From the IMG/VR virus record IMGVR_UViG_3300035498_000356, positions 1 through 64,000 of that record: a stretch of DNA of 64,000 bases; one strand, given 5' to 3'. Both the position numbers and the translations under genes were made by a program. Under the pieces are notes generated by a model that searched no databases, had not been told where the DNA came from, and worked only from the letters and a program-made list of their open reading frames with translations. This document shows, piece by piece, positions 35,129 to 44,330 of the stretch; position 1 is the first letter of the stretch; the number at the start of each line of letters is the position of its first letter. The stretch comes from a virus. Its lineage: Duplodnaviria > Caudoviricetes.

Positions 35129-35872
35129 TTAAAAGATGTTAAATGATTCTACATCTTCAGAATTAACTTGTTTAAGAAGCTGTTTAACTAATTTAGTAAG
35201 ATTAGCAACTTCTTTCTTTTGTTCTTCGCGTTCTTGTAAGAGTGTTTGTATGTCAGCAGTATTTTTATCTATCTGTTGTTTGTGATTTTTAAGAACCCAA
35301 ATTATTCCTTGCTCTACTTCTGTAAGATGATAAATTTTCTCTCTAACTGCGATTCCCGTTTCGGAATCATGTTTGCTAGTTTTGACTATATTGAGAAGAT
35401 TCTTCTTTTCTAATGATTTATCACATTTATAAATAGTCTTCTCAGGCATATTTATAAGTGAAGATAATTCAGCATTAGAAAGTGAAATCTTTCCATAGTC
35501 TTCAACATCTGTATACATGTATTGTTGAGAAGCTACTAGATACGCTTTTTCTGTAAAGGTGAGATCTTTATTATCTAAGAATTCATAACTAAAAGATTCA
35601 AATTTATCCCACTTTAAAAATCTATATATGTTAGACCTTCCTTTCTTATAAACATATAGGTATCCAGATTCCGTCAAGTTGTCAATACATTTTCTAATTG
35701 TAGGGATTGATGCTCCAGATACTTCACTAATTTTTGATAATGATGGAAATGCTTCTTTAGTTTCCGAATTCATAAATCTTTTTATAGAAAGATAGATTAG
35801 TAAATCTTGTGGAGTCAAATCCAGGGTCATATTGTTCGGCAATTGCACATGCCGCATACTTTTATTGTTCAT
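35129..35872 (-). CDS. Replication initiator-like protein (tandem winged HTH plus coiled coil)
   Basis: AFPSLSKISEVSGASIPTIRKCIDNL..G..KGRSNIY (HTH_36-like); adjacent iterons. Confidence 0.7.
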   Translation of the reverse strand: MNNKSMRHVQLPNNMTLDLTPQDLLIYLSIKRFMNSETKEAFPSLSKISEVSGASIPTIRKCIDNLTESGYLYVYKKGRSNIYRFLKWDKFESFSYEFLDNKDLTFTEKAYLVASQQYMYTDVEDYGKISLSNAELSSLINMPEKTIYKCDKSLEKKNLLNIVKTSKHDSETGIAVREKIYHLTEVEQGIIWVLKNHKQQIDKNTADIQTLLQEREEQKKEVANLTKLVKQLLKQVNSEDVESFNIF

Positions 35873-35876
35873 AATG

Positions 35877-35908
35877 CAAATATAAGCATTATTTTGTTAA
35901 GTTCCAAA
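35877..35908 (-). promoter_or_regulatory. Bacteroidetes promoter, near-leaderless, for the initiator-like gene
   Basis: TTTG...TATATTTG ends 4 nt before the ATG. Confidence 0.6.
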
Positions 35909-35927
35909 ATTTTGAAACATTTTTGAA

Positions 35928-36026
35928 TTCTCTCATTTTTCACATTCATTCTCTCAGATTGCACGATCGTTCTCTCAGATTGCATCTAACTATACTTAAT
36001 ACTATACTTAATAACTATACTTAATA
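35928..36026. repeat. Iteron-like repeats, putative origin of replication
   Basis: TTCTCTCA(GATTGCA) at 35928, 35949 and 35970 (21-bp period); CTATACTTAATA three times at 35990-36026; AT-rich tract follows. Confidence 0.7.
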
Positions 36027-36299
36027 GGGATTGAATATTTTTTGTATAAATTTTGTATAAATGAATTTTTAAAAATTTTTTTATTTTTTTTGATGGGGGG
36101 ATTGATTTTTTATTTTTTTTTTTGATGAATGGGGGAGTAGTCGTAGGGCGTGGTGCCCCCGCTCTACTCGTTGGGAAATCGGAATTGCTATCGCAATTCC
36201 ATTCCCAACAAAAATAAAAACACTAGCAACCTTATAACAAGTTACATTCCCGTAGGCATTGAAAAGATAGATGCCATAAGTCATTAATTAATTAAAGCT

Positions 36300-36893
36300 A
36301 TGTTACAATTGACAGAAGGCGCCCGCTGCCACAAAAGCGGAAGAAAATCCTCGACAATCAACCTCGTCGAGGGTCAGGCCTACTGCATCATCGCAGTGGG
36401 CGAGTTTTCATTTAGGCAGGATGGGAAAACAATTCTGTTTAATAAGGTGATCTTAGGAGTCCTCGACTCCGAGAGTCACCTTGTAAACGTGACCGATGAG
36501 AATCGGTCGAAGTTCATCGCCGAACACAAGACGGCGGTGAACCCGTCAAATGGTCAGTATGAAACTGTCTCCAACGTGGGCAGTTTCATCACGCTGTACA
36601 CCAACAGCGTGATGAAGTCCGGTCTCAACGAAGAGGCCGGGCTCTTCGAAAACTACTCCGACCTGTACGGGGTAGTTTTTGAAGTAGTTTCCGTTCAAGG
36701 ACGCACAGTCCTTGAAAAAGGAACTACTAAGACCTCTACCTTTATAAAGGCAGAGGTTTTAAATAAAAAGCTGTCAGTCGCAGAGATTGCGACTGACGCA
36801 GTAAAGGAACTTATTAATACGCAATACCCCAAGAACTCAATTTGGGGATTGGAAGGTAAGTTCTCTAGGATCATTCCTGCTAAGAAGCAGTGA
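36300..36893 (+). CDS. First early gene, hypothetical (197 aa)
   Basis: Track ORF, relatively GC-rich codons. Confidence 0.75.
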   Translation: MLQLTEGARCHKSGRKSSTINLVEGQAYCIIAVGEFSFRQDGKTILFNKVILGVLDSESHLVNVTDENRSKFIAEHKTAVNPSNGQYETVSNVGSFITLYTNSVMKSGLNEEAGLFENYSDLYGVVFEVVSVQGRTVLEKGTTKTSTFIKAEVLNKKLSVAEIATDAVKELINTQYPKNSIWGLEGKFSRIIPAKKQ

Positions 36894-36902
36894 TGATCCA
36901 TC

Positions 36903-36940
36903 ATAGTAACAGTTGCGTAGAGATACGCGACTGTTACTAT
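36903..36940 (+). terminator. Hairpin/terminator
   Basis: atagtaacagttgcgt-agagat-acgcgactgttactat. Confidence 0.6.
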
Positions 36941-37114
36941 TCTCTCCTCATGACTCTAATTAAAAATATCCTATCGCCACCGTGCGGTAGGATATTTTTT
37001 CTCCGCCATATCTACGCGAAAAACCCCAACCGAAACCCCAACCACTAGCCAAATGTATATCAAGTTACACTAGATGAACGTATAACAAAATTAATCACTA
37101 AATTTTTTAAGATT

Positions 37115-37702
37115 ATGTTACAGTTATTGAACGAAAATGATCAGACTGCATACGATGCAGTCGTAGCTGGTTGCAAAGCCACAGGTGATAAGGCTATAGG
37201 CGCTATTACCAAGACGAGTAAGTCGTCAGAAGGTAATAACTTTGAAGTAGGAGACAGGATTTACTTTCCGTCTCCATTACAGGCATTCGAGACTAAAATT
37301 GGAAATAGCTCTTATCCTGCTTATTATTATCTTGTTAAGGTGGTCAATAGCGGGAATACAACTTTCAAGAAGTTCTTCCCGAATTCACTCGGCAGGCGAA
37401 TTCGTCTCGTCAAGCTTGATGATTCAGGTCAAGTTGTTGACCCGATGAAGGTCGAGTTTGTAGGTGCGCGTGGCACCGCTGCTGATGAATACGGTAAACA
37501 CGTTGGCCAGCGCATTTGCGACTTCTTCGAGCAGATGGTAAGTGAGCATGGTGGAATCTTTGTCTCTGGTAAGGAAGCCATTCACACTTATCATTATGGT
37601 ACTTCTGATGTCGAACCTGCTTCCCTTTACACATGGGACTGGTTCGAAGAGGAACCTTCCGAAGAGAAGCCTACTACCAGCAGAAGAGGGAATGCTAGAT
37701 GA
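37115..37702 (+). CDS. Second early gene, hypothetical (195 aa)
   Basis: Track ORF; starts MLQL like 36300. Confidence 0.75.
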   Translation: MLQLLNENDQTAYDAVVAGCKATGDKAIGAITKTSKSSEGNNFEVGDRIYFPSPLQAFETKIGNSSYPAYYYLVKVVNSGNTTFKKFFPNSLGRRIRLVKLDDSGQVVDPMKVEFVGARGTAADEYGKHVGQRICDFFEQMVSEHGGIFVSGKEAIHTYHYGTSDVEPASLYTWDWFEEEPSEEKPTTSRRGNAR

Positions 37703-37899
37703 TTCTAGTATCCCTCGCCAGGCGGCACAGTGATACTCATCTTGTTTCAGAGCAAGGTGAGTATTACCGTGTTTCCAATGCTGATCGGCTAGAGGATGGT
37801 TACTGGTACTATGTAGAATTGCTTGGTATTCCTGGTAATAGGAGTATCCGCAGAGTTCTGTGTTGCATGCCAGTGACTGTTACTGGCCAGCCTCGTTGA
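37699..37899 (+). CDS. Hypothetical protein
   Basis: ATGA overlap with the previous gene. Confidence 0.55.
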   Translation: MILVSLARRHSDTHLVSEQGEYYRVSNADRLEDGYWYYVELLGIPGNRSIRRVLCCMPVTVTGQPR

Positions 37900-38131
37900 A
37901 ATTTTGATATGACTGAGCGGTGAAGGATAAGAATAGGAGCGGTACATCCCTCTCCCACCTCTAATCTTACCGCTCAGTCACTATCATTTTCAATTTTAGC
38001 GACATCCTATAACATGATCCGTTATACGTCATTGAGCATATATGTTCAATTCTAAACGTGAATTTCGCATGACATTTGATATTTAAGTTAATAATTAAAT
38101 GCAGATTTGGTACGTGAGTATAGAGTCTGCA

Positions 38132-38182
38132 CTGTCGTGTCATAAGGCACCTGATGAGTCGCTGAAAATTGCGACGAAACAG
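38132..38182 (+). ncRNA. Hammerhead ribozyme, type III
   Basis: CUGUC^-GUGUC/GGCAC (stem I)-CUGAUGA-GUCGC/GCGAC (stem II)-GAA-ACAG; predicted cleavage after C38136. Confidence 0.9.
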
Positions 38183-38705
38183 CATTATTTTTAGCCTTAC
38201 TGTCTCTTCCAGATGCTAAGCCATATACTTAATTCCGAGTATATGAATATGGAAGTGAGGACCTATTATACAATTAGCTGCATGTATAGTAGGTCCAATA
38301 TAAAAAATTACGAAATTTAAAAAAAGGGATGAAGGGGAAATGTTCATTTTTTGTATTTCACGGTAATTTACGTAAGTCGGCACCTCCGTTTAAGATAGTT
38401 TGTGGAGGATTTCAAACGGCATCTAGCAGCTGAGATGTTTAGTAGAAATGGAAATAACATAATATCAGTCTGATCAACTGTAAAAGTTATAGAGCCTGCA
38501 AGTAATTAAAACTATTTAGAGATAGGTATACATGTCTCTGAACACTCGCATAGATAGGTGGATTTGGTCAATCTGCATCTAGACTATCTATGTGAGTGCT
38601 ACCGACCATTTTAAACCAACAGCCTGCATGTCCAAAGTAGCAGCCTATCAATAAGATAGATTGGTGATGGGAAGAAATTTAGATTAATCATTAAAACCGA
38701 AAGAA

Positions 38706-38915
38706 ATGAAAAAAGACACAACAAACCATTTCTGGGTTGCCAGAAATGAAGACGGAAGGTTATTCATGTATAATGCTAAACCCATTCGCATAGATAACGA
38801 ATTTAGTCCTGAATATCCAGGAGTAGCAGTATGGGGACTGTCTAAATTCGATTTTCCATCTGTTACATGGGAAAACTCTCCGAAGCAAGTCAAAGTTACA
38901 TTGTTAGGCAAATAA
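38706..38915 (+). CDS. Small hypothetical protein
   Basis: WVARNEDGRLFMY..KP...FPSVTWENSP.QV motif common in Bacteroidetes phages. Confidence 0.7.
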   Translation: MKKDTTNHFWVARNEDGRLFMYNAKPIRIDNEFSPEYPGVAVWGLSKFDFPSVTWENSPKQVKVTLLGK

Positions 38916-38926
38916 AAAGTAAAATT

Positions 38927-39157
38927 ATGACTATTTATAACATAACAACGGTAAATGCTAAAGGAGTACATACCAAATCATTTTTGACAGAGGAAGAAGC
39001 ACGCAAATATTTTAATACGCGTGTTTCTAACATATCTAGATGTGAAAATGTTGCAAAATTTGAAAAGGTATCTGAAAACCTTTTCAAATTTGAAGTAATG
39101 TATTATCCAAAAGATGAAGCAGTTAATTTTATGTCATTGACTGCATCTGAACTTTAA
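38927..39157 (+). CDS. Small hypothetical protein
   Basis: Track ORF trimmed to ATG 38927. Confidence 0.6.
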   Translation: MTIYNITTVNAKGVHTKSFLTEEEARKYFNTRVSNISRCENVAKFEKVSENLFKFEVMYYPKDEAVNFMSLTASEL

Positions 39158-39180
39158 AGACAGCCAGGAGTCTATAAAAT

Positions 39181-39229
39181 AATCTCTGATGAGACTGGAC
39201 GAAACACTATCTTATGATAGTGTCAGATT
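39181..39229 (+). ncRNA. Hammerhead ribozyme, type I with minimal stem II
   Basis: AAUCU-CUGAUGA-G ACUGGA C-GAA-ACACUAUC/GAUAGUGU-C^AGAUU; loop CUGG can pair with upstream CCAG; cleavage after C39224. Confidence 0.85.
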
Positions 39230-39599
39230 AACAGTATTGGATAGTTTAAGTTCTCTCAGAAATGGGAGAACTCACTTTTTGTGTGTTAGAAACCATACTT
39301 GACAGATAGCTAGTCAATAGATGTTTCGACTTTCACTTTGTGAAAGTGTATTTGTACGGGATGTAGCTATCAGGTTATTCACATTAACCTAACGACTCTA
39401 CGAGGAGAGAATAGTAAGTGATAAAGGCTCCTCACTTTTTTTGTGTTACGAGGTTGAAAATCCTCATTATATATGGCAGGAATACGTTCTTGCTATATAT
39501 AATAAAATCTCTCATTATAGACAATACCTTGACGTGGTATGGGAGCTTTAAAAACTAAAATTGTCTGAATCACAAGTTAAACCATTAAATCACAAAAAA

Positions 39600-39755
39600 A
39601 TGAAGGCATGTGAACTTAAATCAGGATACCTGGTATGTCACAATGATGACATTGTACGTTTATATGACAATCTTGAGGAAGCCCAAGAGCATATAGCATA
39701 CCATAAAGGTAGCAACGACTGGAACATTCTTTACATCACAGTTAAGAATGCATAA
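39600..39755 (+). CDS. Small hypothetical protein
   Basis: Track ORF trimmed to ATG 39600. Confidence 0.55.
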   Translation: MKACELKSGYLVCHNDDIVRLYDNLEEAQEHIAYHKGSNDWNILYITVKNA

Positions 39756-39881
39756 TATTACAGTTCTACTCTTCTCCTGTTAAGGTGCAAAACCAGAATT
39801 AAATAGAAGAGCGTTTTAAATCGAGAATATTATGGCGACTCGGAAAGACGAGTATTTTTTATTCACTAAACCTAAACAACT

Positions 39882-40361
39882 ATGTTCGAAGGAAAAACAG
39901 TAGATATTGAGAATATCTCAATGTATCAGCCAGAATTAGCTGATGCAATTCTCAATATTAAAGAGACCAATGAGGTCTATACGTATGATCATAAAGATCT
40001 TGATTTTATCAAAGATCTTATTAATGATCGTATGTACCATTGTCAGAGTGAACTTCAACAACATATTGATACTGCTGAAAGAAATGGCAATTTCATTTAC
40101 TATCGAGTAGATGATGAGATTCGCCACTTCTCAATTCCAGTATATGAGATGATGTTGAAATGGATAACCAGTCTTATGGATAGATGTCAAATAACGGCAT
40201 CTGACCTTAATCAAGGGATAGTACAGCAGGCATTGCGTCAGCTGTTCTATGAAGTAAGATACGGAATCTATGTTAACAATGACGACAAGTCTGTAGATGA
40301 GAAATTTACAATCTTGTCAGACTTAATGATAATTTGTTCACCATATTCACAGAACTGCTAG
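39882..40361 (+). CDS. Hypothetical protein (TAG stop)
   Basis: Track ORF. Confidence 0.65.
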   Translation: MFEGKTVDIENISMYQPELADAILNIKETNEVYTYDHKDLDFIKDLINDRMYHCQSELQQHIDTAERNGNFIYYRVDDEIRHFSIPVYEMMLKWITSLMDRCQITASDLNQGIVQQALRQLFYEVRYGIYVNNDDKSVDEKFTILSDLMIICSPYSQNC

Positions 40362-40394
40362 AAATAGCGGTTCTGTGAACTTAAAACTAACATT

Positions 40395-40709
40395 ATGGTA
40401 CTTATAGACACTCAACGCTTCTTTAACGACTTCGCCCAGTTAATTACTGGACATACTTCCAATTGTGTTCAAGCTGTATTACAGATACAAACTGTTGGTA
40501 TTTTCCATAGATGTACTGTATACAAAGCGACATTTGAACACGAGTGTGGAATCTTTTCAATGGCAGTATTCGAGGTTTCATTCAATGGACACCTATCATT
40601 CGTATATATTGATAATGGACTTACTTATCAATATATTGATGGCAACGTGACCAGAGTGAACAATTCTCGTAGTGACATTTATAAGAGAATAATCGAAGAA
40701 AATCAATGA
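40395..40709 (+). CDS. Hypothetical protein
   Basis: Track ORF. Confidence 0.6.
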   Translation: MVLIDTQRFFNDFAQLITGHTSNCVQAVLQIQTVGIFHRCTVYKATFEHECGIFSMAVFEVSFNGHLSFVYIDNGLTYQYIDGNVTRVNNSRSDIYKRIIEENQ

Positions 40710-40912
40710 TTATGGATGCACTGATAATCGCACTTTGGTTCATCATCCCAATCGTTCTCAACTTTGATTACGATGGTCTTAAAAAGGATGATGAGTAAGA
40801 AATATATCGTTGTAGACTCCGTGGGTGCATACCTGCGGAGTTTCTGCACATACAACGAAGCACTAACATTTAAAGTCAGTAGGTGCAGGACTGACTGGAA
40901 GATAAAAACAAT

Positions 40913-41245
40913 ATGAATCTTTACAAATTCAACCATGAGATTTACATTGAAAAAGCAAATGCAAGTCTCCCGTTCACCAAAATTATTTCAGGTATATTTT
41001 GGAGAAACAGACAATTAGTTCCATTAAACAGTTGTCTTAATACAGCACGTGTAGTTGCAAGAGATCTTACATCAATAGACTTTGTACTTTTAACAGCAAA
41101 TTGTCTTACGAATCTTCAAACTATTATATTACATTACTTCCCAGATGTAAATTTTGATGAAGTAGTAATACGTAGTGAAAATGATAGAGTTAAGGTTTAC
41201 ATCCCTAACTTAAAATTATACGAAGTAAAGGAAGAGGAGGATTAG
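40913..41245 (+). CDS. Hypothetical protein, paralog family A
   Basis: LYKFNHEIYI...IFWRNRQLVPL, similar to 41689 and 47243. Confidence 0.65.
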   Translation: MNLYKFNHEIYIEKANASLPFTKIISGIFWRNRQLVPLNSCLNTARVVARDLTSIDFVLLTANCLTNLQTIILHYFPDVNFDEVVIRSENDRVKVYIPNLKLYEVKEEED

Positions 41246-41247
41246 AT

Positions 41248-41685
41248 ATGGAACTACTACTAGCTATTTGTATAGTGATTGCAGGTGCAATCATTATTGC
41301 AATGATGATTGAACGAGATCGTAAACAAAAGGAGCTTGAAGAAATTCAAGACTTCTATAAAACGATTGATGTGCACGTTGAGGCAACTAAACGTGCTACT
41401 ACCCTTGAAAGACTGTTTTACATACATAAGTCTGCATGGGCTGAGGGAATCAGAAATGATAACCTCGGTCCATGCATATATGGCATGTTCAGAACAGCAG
41501 ACATTAACGATATGACAAAAGATGAAGTTTATCTTGGCAATATCAACGGTTTATTTACACAGCCTTTAACATTCTGGGAATCACAGGATGATCAAGATGC
41601 ATATAAAACTGTTTTTAGACAGTATCAACTTCATCTACTTACAAATTTCAAAGCAGTTAAACTATCCAAATCTCAACAGAGTTAA
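41248..41685 (+). CDS. N-terminally anchored membrane protein
   Basis: Hydrophobic N-terminus. Confidence 0.65.
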   Translation: MELLLAICIVIAGAIIIAMMIERDRKQKELEEIQDFYKTIDVHVEATKRATTLERLFYIHKSAWAEGIRNDNLGPCIYGMFRTADINDMTKDEVYLGNINGLFTQPLTFWESQDDQDAYKTVFRQYQLHLLTNFKAVKLSKSQQS

Positions 41686-41688
41686 AAA

Positions 41689-42027
41689 ATGAAAATATAC
41701 AAATATTGCAATAAAGTTTATATCAATGCCGAAGATGTAGATGCTAACAGAAATTCTGTATATCATACTATATTATGGCACGATATGACACTATTTCCTT
41801 TAGAGGAAATAGTTGAAAGCGTATTGAATTCATTCATATATAATAACAGTGTAAGTCTATGGCTTAATGGCTCTCTCAATATGAATGATATTAAAGCAAT
41901 CTGTAATGTCTTTGAAATAGGACAAGATCAGATTAAAATTGAAGCTACATCTATAGAAGATGATTTGGCAATAGGTTTAACTCTAGAAAATATCAGCTAC
42001 TCCGCAGTTGGCAGAAAAGGAGAATGA
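41689..42027 (+). CDS. Hypothetical protein, paralog family A
   Basis: IYKYCNKVYI...ILWHDMTLFPL. Confidence 0.65.
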   Translation: MKIYKYCNKVYINAEDVDANRNSVYHTILWHDMTLFPLEEIVESVLNSFIYNNSVSLWLNGSLNMNDIKAICNVFEIGQDQIKIEATSIEDDLAIGLTLENISYSAVGRKGE

Positions 42028-42272
42028 GTTGGGCAGAAGAACAACCTTGGTTTGGTACTGAAGATTTAGTGCTAGACCAAGAAGAAAGAGAGCAAGAGTT
42101 ATTAGAGAATCATCTTTGGGAAACCAGAGATGGTTCTCTATATAATATAAGAGACATGGAAACCACTCATATAAAGAACTGTATTAAGATGATATACAGG
42201 TCTAATGGTCAGTGGAGACACTCATACTTGCGACTTTTTGAATCCGAGTTAAGAAGAAGAAAATTCACATAA
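42024..42272 (+). CDS. Hypothetical protein
   Basis: WETRDG..NIRDMETTHIKNCI motif common in phage early proteins. Confidence 0.7.
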   Translation: MSWAEEQPWFGTEDLVLDQEEREQELLENHLWETRDGSLYNIRDMETTHIKNCIKMIYRSNGQWRHSYLRLFESELRRRKFT

Positions 42273-42284
42273 AATTATTTTAGT

Positions 42285-42482
42285 ATGTACACAGAAAAAG
42301 AAGTAAAAACAGCATTAGAGATTGTAGCTCTAATGACACCTCCTGTTTTATTGACAGAAGAGCAGTTTAAAGAAGAGTACAATTCTCTTTCAGAGAAGAT
42401 GCAAAAGCTTGTATCTGCTGTTCTAATGGCAAACAAAGCAACTCGTGATCTTAGAGACTTCATGGATTCACTTGCAGACTAA
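42285..42482 (+). CDS. Hypothetical protein
   Basis: Track ORF. Confidence 0.6.
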   Translation: MYTEKEVKTALEIVALMTPPVLLTEEQFKEEYNSLSEKMQKLVSAVLMANKATRDLRDFMDSLAD

Positions 42483-42661
42483 ACATCTTGAAAACTTTTT
42501 AACACAGTGAAGTTTAGAAATATTTATAGCTGTATATTATTTTTTCTTAGCTTTTGAAGCGAATAATAGTAACTTCCCATAAAAACTAAGTGGAGTGACC
42601 ACGAAAGTGGTAATTAAATTACCTGGAATTAAATTAAATCCTATCCAGGAGGTAAATAATT

Positions 42662-42883
42662 ATGACACTAGGTCGTAATAGCATCATCGCAAAAATCATG
42701 GTCCCGAATGCAATTCAGTTTGAAGGTGAAGTCATTGTTCAATGTGACAAGCTTCATCGCATCTGCGATATGGAACCGCGCATTAATGACATCTTTAATC
42801 AGTTTAAAGGTCGTCAGCTAGACAGTATCAATGTCTATGAAGAACTTGAAGAAGAACTTAATGATTATTTTGTAAAGTTATGA
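42662..42883 (+). CDS. Hypothetical protein
   Basis: GGAGG SD upstream. Confidence 0.65.
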   Translation: MTLGRNSIIAKIMVPNAIQFEGEVIVQCDKLHRICDMEPRINDIFNQFKGRQLDSINVYEELEEELNDYFVKL

Positions 42884-43284
42884 ATAGACTTCCGATAGCT
42901 AGCAAACACATTGATGCGTTAAGAGACTGGATAGCCACGTATAAGAATGCAATTGTTACTACTGATCAAATCAGGAGCATTGCGATAATATGCGGCTTAC
43001 CTAAAAATTCAACGTTCATTAGCACTTTTACAAAAGCTCCATTTATTAAAAAAGTAGCTAGAGGTAAATACAAATTTGTCTCTGATGTTACTGAAGGAGC
43101 TTTAGATAATACTATTAAAGAATACGGATGTATTCTTAAGAAGTATGAATCTAATAAGGCTAGAAAGTTGTCTATTCCCAAACAAGAAATCTTAGTTGCG
43201 CCAACAATGCAACAGAAAGCACTTGAACAATTCGCAATTGACTTCTTAAATACACTTGGATATAGAATTTATAAAAAGTGTTAA
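42880..43284 (+). CDS. Hypothetical protein, possible winged-helix DNA-binding
   Basis: IKKVARGKYKF; AIDFLNTLGYRIYK. Confidence 0.6.
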   Translation: MNRLPIASKHIDALRDWIATYKNAIVTTDQIRSIAIICGLPKNSTFISTFTKAPFIKKVARGKYKFVSDVTEGALDNTIKEYGCILKKYESNKARKLSIPKQEILVAPTMQQKALEQFAIDFLNTLGYRIYKKC

Positions 43285-43287
43285 AAT

Positions 43288-43318
43288 TTTGAAGTTTAAG
43301 GAAAAAACCTTATATTTG
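43288..43318 (+). promoter_or_regulatory. Bacteroidetes promoter driving the tRNA/ncRNA array
   Basis: TTTG...TATATTTG about 11 nt before the first hairpin module. Confidence 0.7.
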
Positions 43319-43383
43319 TAATCGTAATAAAGGAATACGCACTGCAACATTATTAATTAGAGGAAAAATTAAAATGTATTCCT

Positions 43384-43455
43384 TCTCTTGTAGGATTAAA
43401 ATGGTAATCCGCTTAGTCATAAGAGATATGGGTTCGAATCCCATCAAGAGATCCA
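43384..43455 (+). ncRNA. tRNA-like RNA with shrunken anticodon loop
   Basis: Perfect acceptor TCTCTTG/CAAGAGA plus TCCA, D arm, T arm GGTTCGAATCC; anticodon arm only CTTA-GTCA-TAAG. Confidence 0.65.
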
Positions 43456-43566
43456 GTTCATGGCTGATTTGTTTAATTTATAAGTAGTTAGAAAGAGCCT
43501 TTCAATATAATAAAGGAGTTTTTAGATAAACTTAAATACATATAAGTATTTACTCTTTCTACTTTT

Positions 43567-43640
43567 ACTTCCGTAATTCAATGGATAGAATCTTTGACTT
43601 CTAATCAAATTATGGCAGTTCGAATCTGCCCGGAAGTACA
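43567..43640 (+). tRNA. tRNA-Arg (UCU)
   Basis: TTTGA-CT-TCT-AA-TCAAA; cloverleaf. Confidence 0.85.
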
Positions 43641-43850
43641 ATATTTCTATAAGAATGCACGCAGTAATTTTTGCTCAAAAATATAACGAAGGATTTAATT
43701 GCATTCTTTAACTTTTTTCATATGTAATTTTATAAGGATACTTACAGCAAAAATTATTATATTAAATTATTATTGTTTTTTTGTCATATTGCTTTTTCCA
43801 TTTATAAGTATCCTTATTTAGGTTATTAATTTAGTTAGTAACCTAAAACT

Positions 43851-43925
43851 GGGGTTAGTGATGTAAATTGGTTAGCATATCATCTTTGCAAGATGAAAGT
43901 TAGGGTTCGAATCCCTCTATCTCCA
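43851..43925 (+). tRNA. tRNA-Ala (UGC)
   Basis: TCATC-TT-TGC-AA-GATGA; G3:U70. Confidence 0.75.
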
Positions 43926-44043
43926 CAACGCTTTTGATAAAATCTGAATAATCATATTTCTGTGAAGAAATATATCAGATAAAAATTACGAGATTAATAT
44001 TTCATATGTATAAACTACTGGTCTGTGAAGATAGGTAGTTTTA

Positions 44044-44156
44044 TATCTAAGTAGTTTAATTGGTAAAACATTGGTTAAAAAGTTTTTAGTTTACGTTGGG
44101 TATTTTATGATTATGTTATTTAACCAATATGTCAGTTCGATTCTGACCTTAGGTGC
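44044..44156 (+). ncRNA. tRNA-like RNA with a 39-nt U-rich loop replacing the anticodon loop
   Basis: Acceptor, D and T arms intact; 10-bp stem ATTGGTTAAA/TTTAACCAAT encloses 44080-44118. Confidence 0.7.
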
Positions 44157-44330
44157 AATTAGAATAATATTCTTATCTTTGCAACTAATAAAAAATAAAG
44201 ATTTACCTCCTTTCTGTATTTAAGTTAATAATTAGAAGTCTTTTAAACTTCTGGAATATTATTCTTGTCTTTATATAATTAGTATGCAAGATAAAACTAA
44301 GTAGCTGTCTGTGAAGATAGCTACTTATCT

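Noticed and set aside
38430-38510. Third ribozyme near CTGATCA
   Set aside because: No CUGAnGA/GAAA core or stems; could not match a known ribozyme by eye
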